A stretch of 64,000 nucleotides of DNA from Verrucomicrobiota bacterium (GTDB lineage Bacteria; Verrucomicrobiota; Kiritimatiellia; CAIVKH01): contig JACKPT010000006.1 of assembly GCA_024233345.1 (NCBI GenBank), forward strand, positions 84,959 to 148,958, read 5' to 3'. How positions within the stretch are numbered: the stretch's first letter is position 1; every line of letters begins with the position of its first letter. Positions 9,180-17,983 of the stretch are shown here, piece by piece. The notes under the pieces are model-generated. The model was not told the origin of the DNA and did no database searches. It saw only the letters and a program-made list of their open reading frames with translations. The translations under genes were made by a program, and so were the position numbers.

Positions 9180-10588
9180 CGTACTCCGTCTGTCCCGGCC
9201 GGACCATCCGTCCGGAACCCTGCCACCGGAAGGCCGTTGGCGTCTGCGAGGGTGGCTATCGGATAGGCAGACCAAGCATAGCGAACCGCCATCGGCTCGA
9301 TCACGGTGTCATTCCATACCGCCACCCGGTTTCCGTCGATTACCCGGGCCTGCGCGGTGAGGAACTTCCCGTCGCATCCGGCAATGACAAACCCTTCGAC
9401 GGGTTGCGCGTCGGCAAGACCCTGCTCCGCATCGCGGAAGGAAATCACCGCCCGCCCGTTTGCGAACTCGGCTTTTTCAAATCGCGGGCTTCGGGCGTGG
9501 TGGTCCAGGCGGTACAGATCCTCCAGCGCGATACGGGCAAGGCGATGCCCCACGGATTGTTTGTCGGGGTAGTGGACGTCGCCGGGAATGCCAAGATCGT
9601 GGGTAACCGCCATGCCGGTGTCGGGCTCGGTCAGCGCCAGCATCTGGGCTTCCCGCAGCAGGGGCCAACCTCCCTTGGATTGAAACCATACAGGGGCATC
9701 GCCTTGCGTTGCGATCTGCGCGAAGTAGAAGGGACGTTCACCGAAGCCGGACCGCCACTCCCGGATCAAGGCAAGAAAAAGCGCCCGGTACTGCTCCGGT
9801 CGACCGGCATTTCCCTCGCCCTGGTACCAGAGAATCCCTCGCAAGGTGAACGGGAAGAGCGGCGCCAGCATCGAACGGTAGCAGGAGGACGGCAACCAGT
9901 GCGCCTGCTTCCATTCCCGGTCGAGACTGGCGGCGAATACCGGATCCGACTCGAGAACCTGACGGCTCATCCATGCCTCGATCGGGGTGCCGCTCCAGTT
10001 TACGTTCAGAAACGATTGGGGACGGCCGGTTTTCCGGAACAGTTCCCGAACAAAGAAGTAGGCCACGCCGCTGGCTTCGCCCACCGTATCCGGGGAGCAC
10101 ACCACCCAGCGACCCGCAGTCATCTTCGGTGGTGTGTCGTGAAGGATGCGCCGGGCCATGAAGATGCGGATCTCCGGATGATTCGCCGCCCCGATTTCCC
10201 GGGCTGCATGAAGACAGCTCTTCACCGGATACGCCATATTGGACTGACCGCCCGCCAGCCAGACATCGCCCACCAACACATTCTTGATACGGGTGACCTG
10301 GTTGCTGTCCGAGCCATGGATGACCAATGTCCTTGGGGATGAGGATGCCGGCATCGGATCGAGAACCACATGCCAGGCGCCGTCGGCACCCGCCCGGGAC
10401 TCCCGGATTTGGCCTCGATGGAAAACGGTGACAGGTTCGCCCGGAGCCGCCCAGCCCCAGATGCGAACGCTTCGGTCGGCCTGAAGCATCATGCCGTCGG
10501 AAATCACGTCCGGCAAGGTGACATCCGCACATACCGGCAGGAGAAGGCCGGCAACAAGATGGATGAGGGCAAATCTCTTCGGGTTCAT
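9176..10588 (-). CDS. sialate 9-O-acetylesterase-like protein (long form)
   Basis: MNPKRFALIHLVAGLLLPVCA, then LPDVISDGMMLQ...IWGWAAPGEPVTV...VLVGDVWLAGGQSNMAYPV...LWYQGEGNAG. The start was chosen at ATG 10588 rather than the ORF-track start at 10654. Confidence 0.8.
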   Translation of the reverse strand: MNPKRFALIHLVAGLLLPVCADVTLPDVISDGMMLQADRSVRIWGWAAPGEPVTVFHRGQIRESRAGADGAWHVVLDPMPASSSPRTLVIHGSDSNQVTRIKNVLVGDVWLAGGQSNMAYPVKSCLHAAREIGAANHPEIRIFMARRILHDTPPKMTAGRWVVCSPDTVGEASGVAYFFVRELFRKTGRPQSFLNVNWSGTPIEAWMSRQVLESDPVFAASLDREWKQAHWLPSSCYRSMLAPLFPFTLRGILWYQGEGNAGRPEQYRALFLALIREWRSGFGERPFYFAQIATQGDAPVWFQSKGGWPLLREAQMLALTEPDTGMAVTHDLGIPGDVHYPDKQSVGHRLARIALEDLYRLDHHARSPRFEKAEFANGRAVISFRDAEQGLADAQPVEGFVIAGCDGKFLTAQARVIDGNRVAVWNDTVIEPMAVRYAWSAYPIATLADANGLPVAGFRTDGPAGTDGVR

Positions 10589-10629
10589 GGCTGTTCTCCC
10601 CGTTTCGGTAGACAAACTGGTTGCATTTG

Positions 10630-10658
10630 TGTATACATTATATTGATTAATCACGCAA
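10630..10658 (-). promoter_or_regulatory. candidate sigma70-like promoter for the esterase gene
   Basis: On the minus strand: TTGCGT (10658-10653), a 17-nt spacer, then TATACA (10635-10630). It lies about 40 nt upstream of ATG 10588 in an AT-rich divergent intergenic region. Confidence 0.35.
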
Positions 10659-10716
10659 TGACAAGCGAGGCAAACAAGGACGTAGAGTACAGGATGAACC
10701 GACAGGATTCACAGAC

Positions 10717-13700
10717 ATGATAAAGCATACCATGATCGTTTCCGTGATAGCTGGCGTGTTGCTGACCGCCCAAGCAGGCGCCTACGAGATCTACTCGGCC
10801 AAAAAAGGCGTGGGGCAAACAAGCGGCGGAAACGGGATGTCCCCGCGGATTCAAAAGAACCGGATCGAAACCTTGCGGTGCAGTTGGTATTACACATGGG
10901 GCATCAACACGCGAAACGCCATCGTGGACCCCATGGTCGAGTTTGTTCCCATGAAATGGGGGGGCAACTCACTCCCGGGCAGCAACACGATGACCGAAGA
11001 TTTGGCTGCGCTTTTTACCCCGGAATGGGCTGGCTTTACCCCGGTCACTCACTTCTTGGGATTCAATGAGCCCGAGCATGTCGAACAGTCCAACGTATCG
11101 GTTGCCCATGCCTTGAGCGTCTGGCCGCTTCTGGAGGCGGCGGCGGCCTCGAACGGAATTTCTTCGATCGGAAGTCCAGGCTGCACGGGCGCGGACGGAC
11201 AAGATGGTCAATGGGTGACGAATTTCATGACCCAGGCCGGCACGCAGGGGCTGCAGGTTGACTTCATGTCTTTCCACTCGTATCCGGAGCCGACCAGCTC
11301 GACCATGCTATCCGAAGCCGCGACGTACTATAGCCGTTACGGCCGGGATGTATGGCTCACGGAGTTCAATGCGGCGGATTGGACGGCGCCCAATAATTAC
11401 ACCCACGAGCAATCGTATACGTGGATGGCGGAAATGCTTCACCGCCTGGAGAGCACACCCTATATCAAGCGCTATGCGATCTTCCCATGGGATGCCACCT
11501 ATGGCACACAAGCATCAGCATCGCACATCTTTGAGATTGATGTACCCAGCCCCGGGGTGACGAATCGCACCGCAATTCCCACCCCGCTCGGAAAACTGTA
11601 TGCCGTTTATCGGTCGTCCGACATCGACGGACCCTATCCCGGGGTCACCTACTACCTCCACAACAAGGGCAACCACCGACGCCTCTGGCATGACGGAGTG
11701 ACCCCGTCAACCGCTGATGTTTATACGGAAGGCGCCTCCGTGGATTTCAGGCTCGTCGATGCCGGCAGCGGCCGTTTCTACATCGTGAACACCGACGGCG
11801 CGAACCAGCGACTGGGCTACGACGGGACCAACCTCTTTTGGAGCAGCAACAACACCGGCGGCTCCGACCTGTGGAGTCTTATCGACAACGCCAACGGATG
11901 GAAGTATATCCGCCATGCCGGCACCGGGAGGCGGCTTGGCACGGCGGGCGGATCCGCCCTGACGACGGGCTCCCCCACCGCCACAGCGGACACCTACAAC
12001 TGGGCATTCATACGCTCGAATACCGGGGAATTCCCGTGGACCCCGCTGGTCAGCGACGACTTCGAGTCCGGGGGCTGGGGCAACTGGGTGGATGGCGGAA
12101 TCGACGCGTCCCTGGGCGGCATTTACTCCGCCAACGGCTCGCCCTGCATCAAGCTGCAGGACAACAGCGGCGTGGATTCGTCCACATGGCTGGCGAGCTC
12201 TCTGGATCTGACCGGGTACTCCGTGGTCACGATAGACTTCTCCTACATCGCGGTCGGCATGGAAAGCGGGGAGAATTTCCTGCTGCAATTCAGTGCCGAT
12301 GGCGGCTCGACATGGACCACCATCACCAACTACGTCAGCGGCACGGATTTCGACAACGCAATCCACATGCACCCCACTGTGACTATCGGCACCAACGACG
12401 TCCCCTTCACGACCAACGCGAACATCCGCTTTCAATGCGATGCCAGCGCCGACGACGACGCCGTCTTCATCGACGACATCGGTATCTACGGTTACGCCGA
12501 TGTGGTGACCACCTATGAACCATTTTTCTGGGCGAGCCCGATGGCCGCCGAAGATGCCTTGATCGATTCGACCTACAATCGTTCTATCGTCGGCGCCGCC
12601 GCCGATCTCGACAACGATACGTTGTCTTATGAGAAAACAGCAGGTCCGGCCTGGCTGACGATCGCGACCAATGGTGTGCTTTCGGGCACCCCGACCGCCG
12701 GAGATATCGGTCTCAACACCTTCACCGTCGAAGTCTCCGACGTAGACGGCGGCCGAGCCTCGGCGACTCTGGACATCCTGGTCAAGTCCGGCGCCATGCT
12801 GGTCGGCGACGCAACATGCAACGGCAACTTCAACGCCAACCCCGGCGTCGCAGTGGACTTTGCCAGCACCCCGTCATGGTACAATCTCGGCGGCGCGCAG
12901 ACCGTGGAATGCACACGCAGCAACCTGCCCTATGACGCATCCCAGAATGCAGTGTTGACCAGCGATAAGATCTTCGCGGTGGATACGGAACATACACTCA
13001 CTATGGGCGAGCGCTTCGACCTACGCTATGTATGGCGGGATGCATCGGGCTGGCTCGACGGCGTTGACCAACTGAGCGTCTCCCTCTTCGTCACCGATGA
13101 CGACACCCTGTTTGGCGTGCGGTCGAATCTGGTGCAGGATTGGTCCGGCCTCTCCACCGTGGACAGCGCCTACGAATCCGTCGAACGCACCGGGGTGTAC
13201 ACCGCGACGGCATCCGTCGCAGGCAAGCGGTTGTTTGCCGCCATCGAGGCCCCGTCTGCCTCCGGCTTCGCCCGGTTGGACAATTTCGAACTGATTCTCG
13301 TGGGGGAGAATCCCCCGTATTTCTGGTCGGACCCGATGACGGTTGCGGATGCGGTGGTCGATACGTCCTTCAACCATTCGATCGCCGGCAGCGCCGCCGA
13401 TATCAACGAGGATCCGCTGACCTACGCGAAGGTGGGCGGTCCGGACTGGCTGAATCTTGCCGGAAATGGCGTCCTGTCCGGCACGCCGACCTGGCGGGAT
13501 GTCGGAACGAATGCCTTTACCGTGCAGGTTGGCGACGGCAAGGGCGGTTTCAGCACAGCGACCCTGATGATCCGGGTCAAGTTCACCGAGGTTCTGGTGG
13601 GCGGACCCACCAGGAACGGGGACTTCAATGCCAACCCAGGCGTCGCCGTGGATTTTGCCGGTACCGCGGCATGGTACAACCTCGGCAGTTCACAGACCGT

Positions 13701-14517
13701 GGAGTGCACCAAGAGCAACCTGCCCTATGATGATAACTCCCAGAATGCCGTCTTGACCGGGGGCAGAAATTTCGGGGTGGACACAGAGCATGCTATCGCC
13801 GCAGGAGACTCCTTTGACCTCCGCTATGTGTGGCGGGATGCCTTCAACTGGGTGGATGAAGCCGACCAGATCACGGTTTCGCTCTTCATCACGGACGACG
13901 ACACCCTCACAGGCATGCGTTCGAACCTGGTGCAGACTCTTTCCGGCCTTTCATCGATGGACAACACGTACGAGTCGGTGGAACGCGGCGGGATCTACAC
14001 CGCAACCGCCGCGATTGCCGGCAAGCGTCTTTTCGCTGCCATCGAGACAGACGCTTCCGGATTCGCCCGTCTGGATAATTTTGAACTGATCGTTTCGCCA
14101 GAAATCGCGCCGGGATACGATGCCTGGGGAATGAGCCACGGCATGACCGGGATTCTGGCGCTGGCGACCAATGACTACGATGCCGACACCTGGAATAATC
14201 TGCTGGAGTACAGCCTGGCCGGCAACCCCACCAATCCACTGGTCACCGGTATGGAGCCCATCTTGGCGGGTCTTGGCCAGAGCGGAGGAACGAGTGGGGT
14301 TGTCTATGTCCACCTGCAGCGAACCAACCCGATCCCTGGACTCACCTACACGCTCCTGCAGACGAAAAACCTCCTGAACCAGCCATGGAGCAACTGCGTG
14401 GACACGGTGGTCACGGGTACGGGTCCGGCGCCGGACAGCGACTTCATCACGGTCACCAACTGGATCCCCACCAACGGAAAGACCGTGGAATTCATCGGAT
14501 TGCAGATCGGACCGTGA
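10717..14517 (+). CDS. 1266-aa secreted multidomain glycoside hydrolase (Glyco_hydro_cc/PF11790-like core, ricin-like repeats, beta-sandwich, 2x [putative-Ig + unassigned module], C-terminal module)
   Basis: Signal peptide; KKGVG...CSWYYTWG...VEFVPMKWGG...FLGFNEPEH...VWLTEFN in the catalytic core. Beta-trefoil-like repeats (YYLHNKG..RLW, FYIVNT...QRLGYDG, WKYIRHAGTGRRLG). He_PIG-like segments DTLSYEKTAGPAWLTIATNGVLSGTP and DPLTYAKVGGPDWLNLAGNGVLSGTP. NLLEYSLAGNPTNP precedes the terminal beta-rich domain. Confidence 0.75.
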   Translation: MIKHTMIVSVIAGVLLTAQAGAYEIYSAKKGVGQTSGGNGMSPRIQKNRIETLRCSWYYTWGINTRNAIVDPMVEFVPMKWGGNSLPGSNTMTEDLAALFTPEWAGFTPVTHFLGFNEPEHVEQSNVSVAHALSVWPLLEAAAASNGISSIGSPGCTGADGQDGQWVTNFMTQAGTQGLQVDFMSFHSYPEPTSSTMLSEAATYYSRYGRDVWLTEFNAADWTAPNNYTHEQSYTWMAEMLHRLESTPYIKRYAIFPWDATYGTQASASHIFEIDVPSPGVTNRTAIPTPLGKLYAVYRSSDIDGPYPGVTYYLHNKGNHRRLWHDGVTPSTADVYTEGASVDFRLVDAGSGRFYIVNTDGANQRLGYDGTNLFWSSNNTGGSDLWSLIDNANGWKYIRHAGTGRRLGTAGGSALTTGSPTATADTYNWAFIRSNTGEFPWTPLVSDDFESGGWGNWVDGGIDASLGGIYSANGSPCIKLQDNSGVDSSTWLASSLDLTGYSVVTIDFSYIAVGMESGENFLLQFSADGGSTWTTITNYVSGTDFDNAIHMHPTVTIGTNDVPFTTNANIRFQCDASADDDAVFIDDIGIYGYADVVTTYEPFFWASPMAAEDALIDSTYNRSIVGAAADLDNDTLSYEKTAGPAWLTIATNGVLSGTPTAGDIGLNTFTVEVSDVDGGRASATLDILVKSGAMLVGDATCNGNFNANPGVAVDFASTPSWYNLGGAQTVECTRSNLPYDASQNAVLTSDKIFAVDTEHTLTMGERFDLRYVWRDASGWLDGVDQLSVSLFVTDDDTLFGVRSNLVQDWSGLSTVDSAYESVERTGVYTATASVAGKRLFAAIEAPSASGFARLDNFELILVGENPPYFWSDPMTVADAVVDTSFNHSIAGSAADINEDPLTYAKVGGPDWLNLAGNGVLSGTPTWRDVGTNAFTVQVGDGKGGFSTATLMIRVKFTEVLVGGPTRNGDFNANPGVAVDFAGTAAWYNLGSSQTVECTKSNLPYDDNSQNAVLTGGRNFGVDTEHAIAAGDSFDLRYVWRDAFNWVDEADQITVSLFITDDDTLTGMRSNLVQTLSGLSSMDNTYESVERGGIYTATAAIAGKRLFAAIETDASGFARLDNFELIVSPEIAPGYDAWGMSHGMTGILALATNDYDADTWNNLLEYSLAGNPTNPLVTGMEPILAGLGQSGGTSGVVYVHLQRTNPIPGLTYTLLQTKNLLNQPWSNCVDTVVTGTGPAPDSDFITVTNWIPTNGKTVEFIGLQIGP

Positions 14518-15044
14518 CCGCCCTCTTGGTGCGGACCGTTATCACTGGCGAACATCACCACCGTATTGCTCTCGATGCCCAGCTCATCCAGGAGCACAAG
14601 GACCTCGCCCACCCCGTTGTCGAGACGCTCCATCATCGCGGGAAACGCTGCAATGGGATTCCGCACCCTGGAGCCGGAATAGGTCGAAACCACATCATCG
14701 AACTGGCGATAAAGCCTGCGGTACTTGTCATAAAGTTCCCGGGGAGCCTGCATGGCGGCGTGCGGGATGGTGACCGGAAGGTAACAAAATAATGTCCGGG
14801 CGCGATTCGCACGGATGAAGTCCAAAGCAGCCTTGATGATCAGGTCATGGGCGTAGGTGTACCCGTCGAGCCCAACCTTCACCCGGTTATGCCAGAGGTG
14901 ATCCGGGTAGTCGTTGTGGGTGAACCGCATGCCCTTGGCGGCCAATCGGTCAATGGATCCCGGTTGTCGAAGTTCATCGCCTGCCCGATTTGTGCTGCGT
15001 GCGCACGGAAATGCCCCGGGCAGATACTCAGAGAACTGGTGCAC
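14518..15044 (-). pseudogene. sulfatase relic (lacks the CxPxR region and the C-terminal third)
   Basis: The ORF 14346..15044 encodes IDRLAAKGMRFT...LFCYLPVTIPHAAMQAP...AMMERLDNGVGEVLVLLDELGIESNTVVMFASDNGPHQEGGHGP. There is no CxPxR or GKWH segment. The reading frame runs into the 3' end of the convergent hydrolase gene. Confidence 0.55.
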
Positions 15045-15120
15045 ACACCCGCATGAAAAAGAGGAAGCGACGGGGGCGTCGTGCGCCCTCCGCCGCTCTC
15101 TCCCATGCGTAGGTCAATAA

Positions 15121-15795
15121 TTATCCGCGCTTGCGAATGACCGCGAGAACGACGAGGCCCAGGCTGAACAGCGCCAGGGTACCCGGTTCCGGTACCACGG
15201 CGACCACGATGTTATCCACCCGGGCAAAATCGCCGCTGCCCAAGCCGCCATTGATCCCATAGGTTTGGATAAACAGCGTGCGGCCCGCCGCCGACGCCGA
15301 GACCGCCGCAGTCTGCCCAGAAACAGACTCCCAGGTCGCTGCGGTCGTCACCTTATCCAGAACCCACTCCCGCCAGATTTCCGTGCCGGTCACCGCGTTG
15401 TCGTTGTCATAAGCAGCCACCGCGACACGAACCTGGTCGTTGGCCTCCCAACCCGCAGCGTCACGCCAGTCGTAGCTGATGTTGAAATAGTCACCAAGCT
15501 GAAGCGTGTAACCGGTATTGACGGAATGAACGACTGCGCCGCCCAGTCCGTTGTCCGAAATCACCGCGTTCCAGCCGGACGCGGGGGCAGCCGACAATGT
15601 GTCGTTCACGGCGGTCGCGGTTTGGTTGCCGGTTCCGATGTTGTACCAATTTGGCGTCTGGTCGAAGGTTCGGGCCCCCGACCCCGTCGCACTGGTGTCG
15701 AAGGCTCCGTTCAAGTTTGTGGCATCCATGATGATGTCGGCGCGAATGGCGGCCGCCGACATACATACCAGTGCCGTTACAATTGCTCTCTTCAT
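15121..15795 (-). CDS. PEP-CTERM protein carrying one (divergent) copy of the unassigned module
   Basis: Signal peptide MKRAIVTALVCMSAAAIRA. Module motifs FDQTPNWYNIGTG, GDYFNISYDWRDAAGW and GDFARVDNIVV. C-terminus VPEPGTLALFSLGLVVLAVIRKRG is a PEP motif + TM + basic tail. Confidence 0.85.
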   Translation of the reverse strand: MKRAIVTALVCMSAAAIRADIIMDATNLNGAFDTSATGSGARTFDQTPNWYNIGTGNQTATAVNDTLSAAPASGWNAVISDNGLGGAVVHSVNTGYTLQLGDYFNISYDWRDAAGWEANDQVRVAVAAYDNDNAVTGTEIWREWVLDKVTTAATWESVSGQTAAVSASAAGRTLFIQTYGINGGLGSGDFARVDNIVVAVVPEPGTLALFSLGLVVLAVIRKRG

Positions 15796-15874
15796 GCCTC
15801 GTCCTTTCTGTTTCTCTTGTGCTCAATCATATACCTGTGTGGGCGCCGGTCCCGTCCTCTGCGCAGCCAGCCGG

Positions 15875-17863
15875 TCATTTCGGCGAATCCACCACCCGGA
15901 GAGCGTACGAAGGTCCGGCACCTGGTGCTCCGAAGACCATGACATTGGTGCCATCGGCGAAGCTGTTTGTGATCAAAGTCACCGGAATCCACACTTGTGG
16001 TTCGGCCAAGAGATCCGTGGTGTATTCAACTGCAGGCTCATGCGTAGAGACGCCGGTGGCGTGCAGGGTGAACGACGGACCCAAGGTGAACGTGGTCACG
16101 GAAACCATGTGCGCAAGGGCTGTGCCCGGATTGGCCAGTAATTGCACGTCATCGACCGGCGCGAAATCGTCGCCGTCGCCGTTTCCGTCCTGCACATCGA
16201 TGAGCATAAACAACCGCTTGCCAATAAATGCCCCGGTGGCAGCGGGTGAATCCGCCTCCATCATCTCAAAGGTGTTGCTCAGCGTGGAGGCCCCCGACAG
16301 CAGGGACGCAAGCACGGTCTGGGTTCCCCCGATCTTGTCGTTGTCGGTCACGAACATTCGGACCTCGACCTGATCGGCAGGATCCCAGCCATTGCCGTCC
16401 TTCCACACCAGACTGACCCGGAAAACGTCGCCTGAACCGATGGTGTACACCGGATTGATGGACAGGATACGATTGGAACTCGAAGCGGCTACCCCGAAGC
16501 GGGTGCCGTCGAATGGATCATTGGTGCGGGTGCACTCTGCGGTCTGGCCCTGTGCACCCAGATTCCACCAACTGGGAGTCTGCTCAAACGTGCGGCTGAT
16601 TGCGTCGGACGTGTCTTCATTGAAGTCACCGTTGTTCACCCCGGGACCGACAAGTACTTCATCGGCCGGAGGATTGACGACCAGTTCGAGGTTGTCGAAC
16701 CGGACGAAATCGTTGGCATCACCGTTGGCATCGTCGATGTACAAGCCGGCAAAGAGTTTCTTGCCCGCCCAGGCGGGGTCCGCAGGGGTGGATACGCCGG
16801 ATTCCTCCTGATATTGATTGTCGTTATTCGACAGCAGGGAGACCATGCTGGCGACTACGGTCTGGTTGCCAAGGATTCCGTCGTTATCGGTGACAAACAG
16901 CCTGATTTCCACCCGATCCTGAGCATCATCAAACCCGCTCGCATCCCGCCAATCGTAGCGAACCCGGAACACATCACCCGGACGCACGACATAATCCGTG
17001 CTCTGAGCGGGCACCCGGGATCCGGACGAATTCAGCACCGCATTCCGGGTATTGTCCACCGGAAGGTTGGTGCGCGTACACTCGAGCGACTGGTCGATGC
17101 CGGTTCCAATATTGTACCAACCTGGGGTGACGTCAAAATTCCGTGAATCGGTCGTCGACACATCGTCATTGAAGTCGCCGTTCCGCACCCCTGGTCCAAT
17201 CAGGGTCTCACTGACCGGATCAGGATTCACCGTCAGTTCAAAGTTGTCCAACTGCGCAAAATCATTGGTGTCTCCGTTCCCATCCATGATGTACAGGCCC
17301 ACAAACAGCGTTTTTCCGACTGCGGCAGGTGCGACCACGGGGGTGATTGCGGTTTCGGCCTGGTAGGCGTTCGAGCTGGCGGATGCTTCCGATAACAGGC
17401 TCGCCACCATAGTCTGGGTGCCGCCGATCAAGTCGGTATCCGTCACAAAGAGTCGGACCTCTACCCGGTCAGCGGGGTTCCACTGGAACCCATCGCGCCA
17501 CTCGTATCGCACCTGGAAAAAGTCACCGATCTGGTTGGTGTATCCGGTGTTTTGTGCGTGCACCCGGTTCCCGTCGGACGACAAGACAGCGTGGCGCGAC
17601 CCATCAACCGGTAGATTGGTCCGGGTGCATTCTACACTCTGGTCCGAGCCGCTCCCGATATTGAACCAGTTGGGGGTCACATCGAAGTTCCGCGAATCGG
17701 TTGAAGATACATCCGCATTAAAGTCCCCATTGCGTACCCCCGCGCCAATTAGGACCGTTTCCGCAGCAACATGACACGAAAACCCGATCGTCGCGACCAG
17801 TACGACTGCCCACCTTTTGATTACTCCCGTCTGCCTGTTCACCCATGCTCCTGTCATCATCAT
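15875..17863 (-). CDS. secreted protein with three tandem copies of the unassigned module plus a C-terminal beta-rich module
   Basis: ATG 17863 is preceded by GGGAGGG. There is a signal-like segment IKRWAVVLVATIGFSCHVAA. The block NGDFN..SR.F..TP.W.N.G...ECTRTN...W[RK]D...LFVTD...GK.LF...DNxEL occurs three times. The tail is ...VEYTTDLLAEPQVWIPV...YALRVVDSPK. Confidence 0.8.
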   Translation of the reverse strand: MMMTGAWVNRQTGVIKRWAVVLVATIGFSCHVAAETVLIGAGVRNGDFNADVSSTDSRNFDVTPNWFNIGSGSDQSVECTRTNLPVDGSRHAVLSSDGNRVHAQNTGYTNQIGDFFQVRYEWRDGFQWNPADRVEVRLFVTDTDLIGGTQTMVASLLSEASASSNAYQAETAITPVVAPAAVGKTLFVGLYIMDGNGDTNDFAQLDNFELTVNPDPVSETLIGPGVRNGDFNDDVSTTDSRNFDVTPGWYNIGTGIDQSLECTRTNLPVDNTRNAVLNSSGSRVPAQSTDYVVRPGDVFRVRYDWRDASGFDDAQDRVEIRLFVTDNDGILGNQTVVASMVSLLSNNDNQYQEESGVSTPADPAWAGKKLFAGLYIDDANGDANDFVRFDNLELVVNPPADEVLVGPGVNNGDFNEDTSDAISRTFEQTPSWWNLGAQGQTAECTRTNDPFDGTRFGVAASSSNRILSINPVYTIGSGDVFRVSLVWKDGNGWDPADQVEVRMFVTDNDKIGGTQTVLASLLSGASTLSNTFEMMEADSPAATGAFIGKRLFMLIDVQDGNGDGDDFAPVDDVQLLANPGTALAHMVSVTTFTLGPSFTLHATGVSTHEPAVEYTTDLLAEPQVWIPVTLITNSFADGTNVMVFGAPGAGPSYALRVVDSPK

Positions 17864-17983
17864 ACCCTCCCGGTACCAACCGCGATCGGGCCGGCACCGC
17901 CACCCCGACACATCGATACCATTTTATTTATTCGATCACACACATCCGTCATGTTCCGACTTACCCTGCCTCCAACCTAGCCC

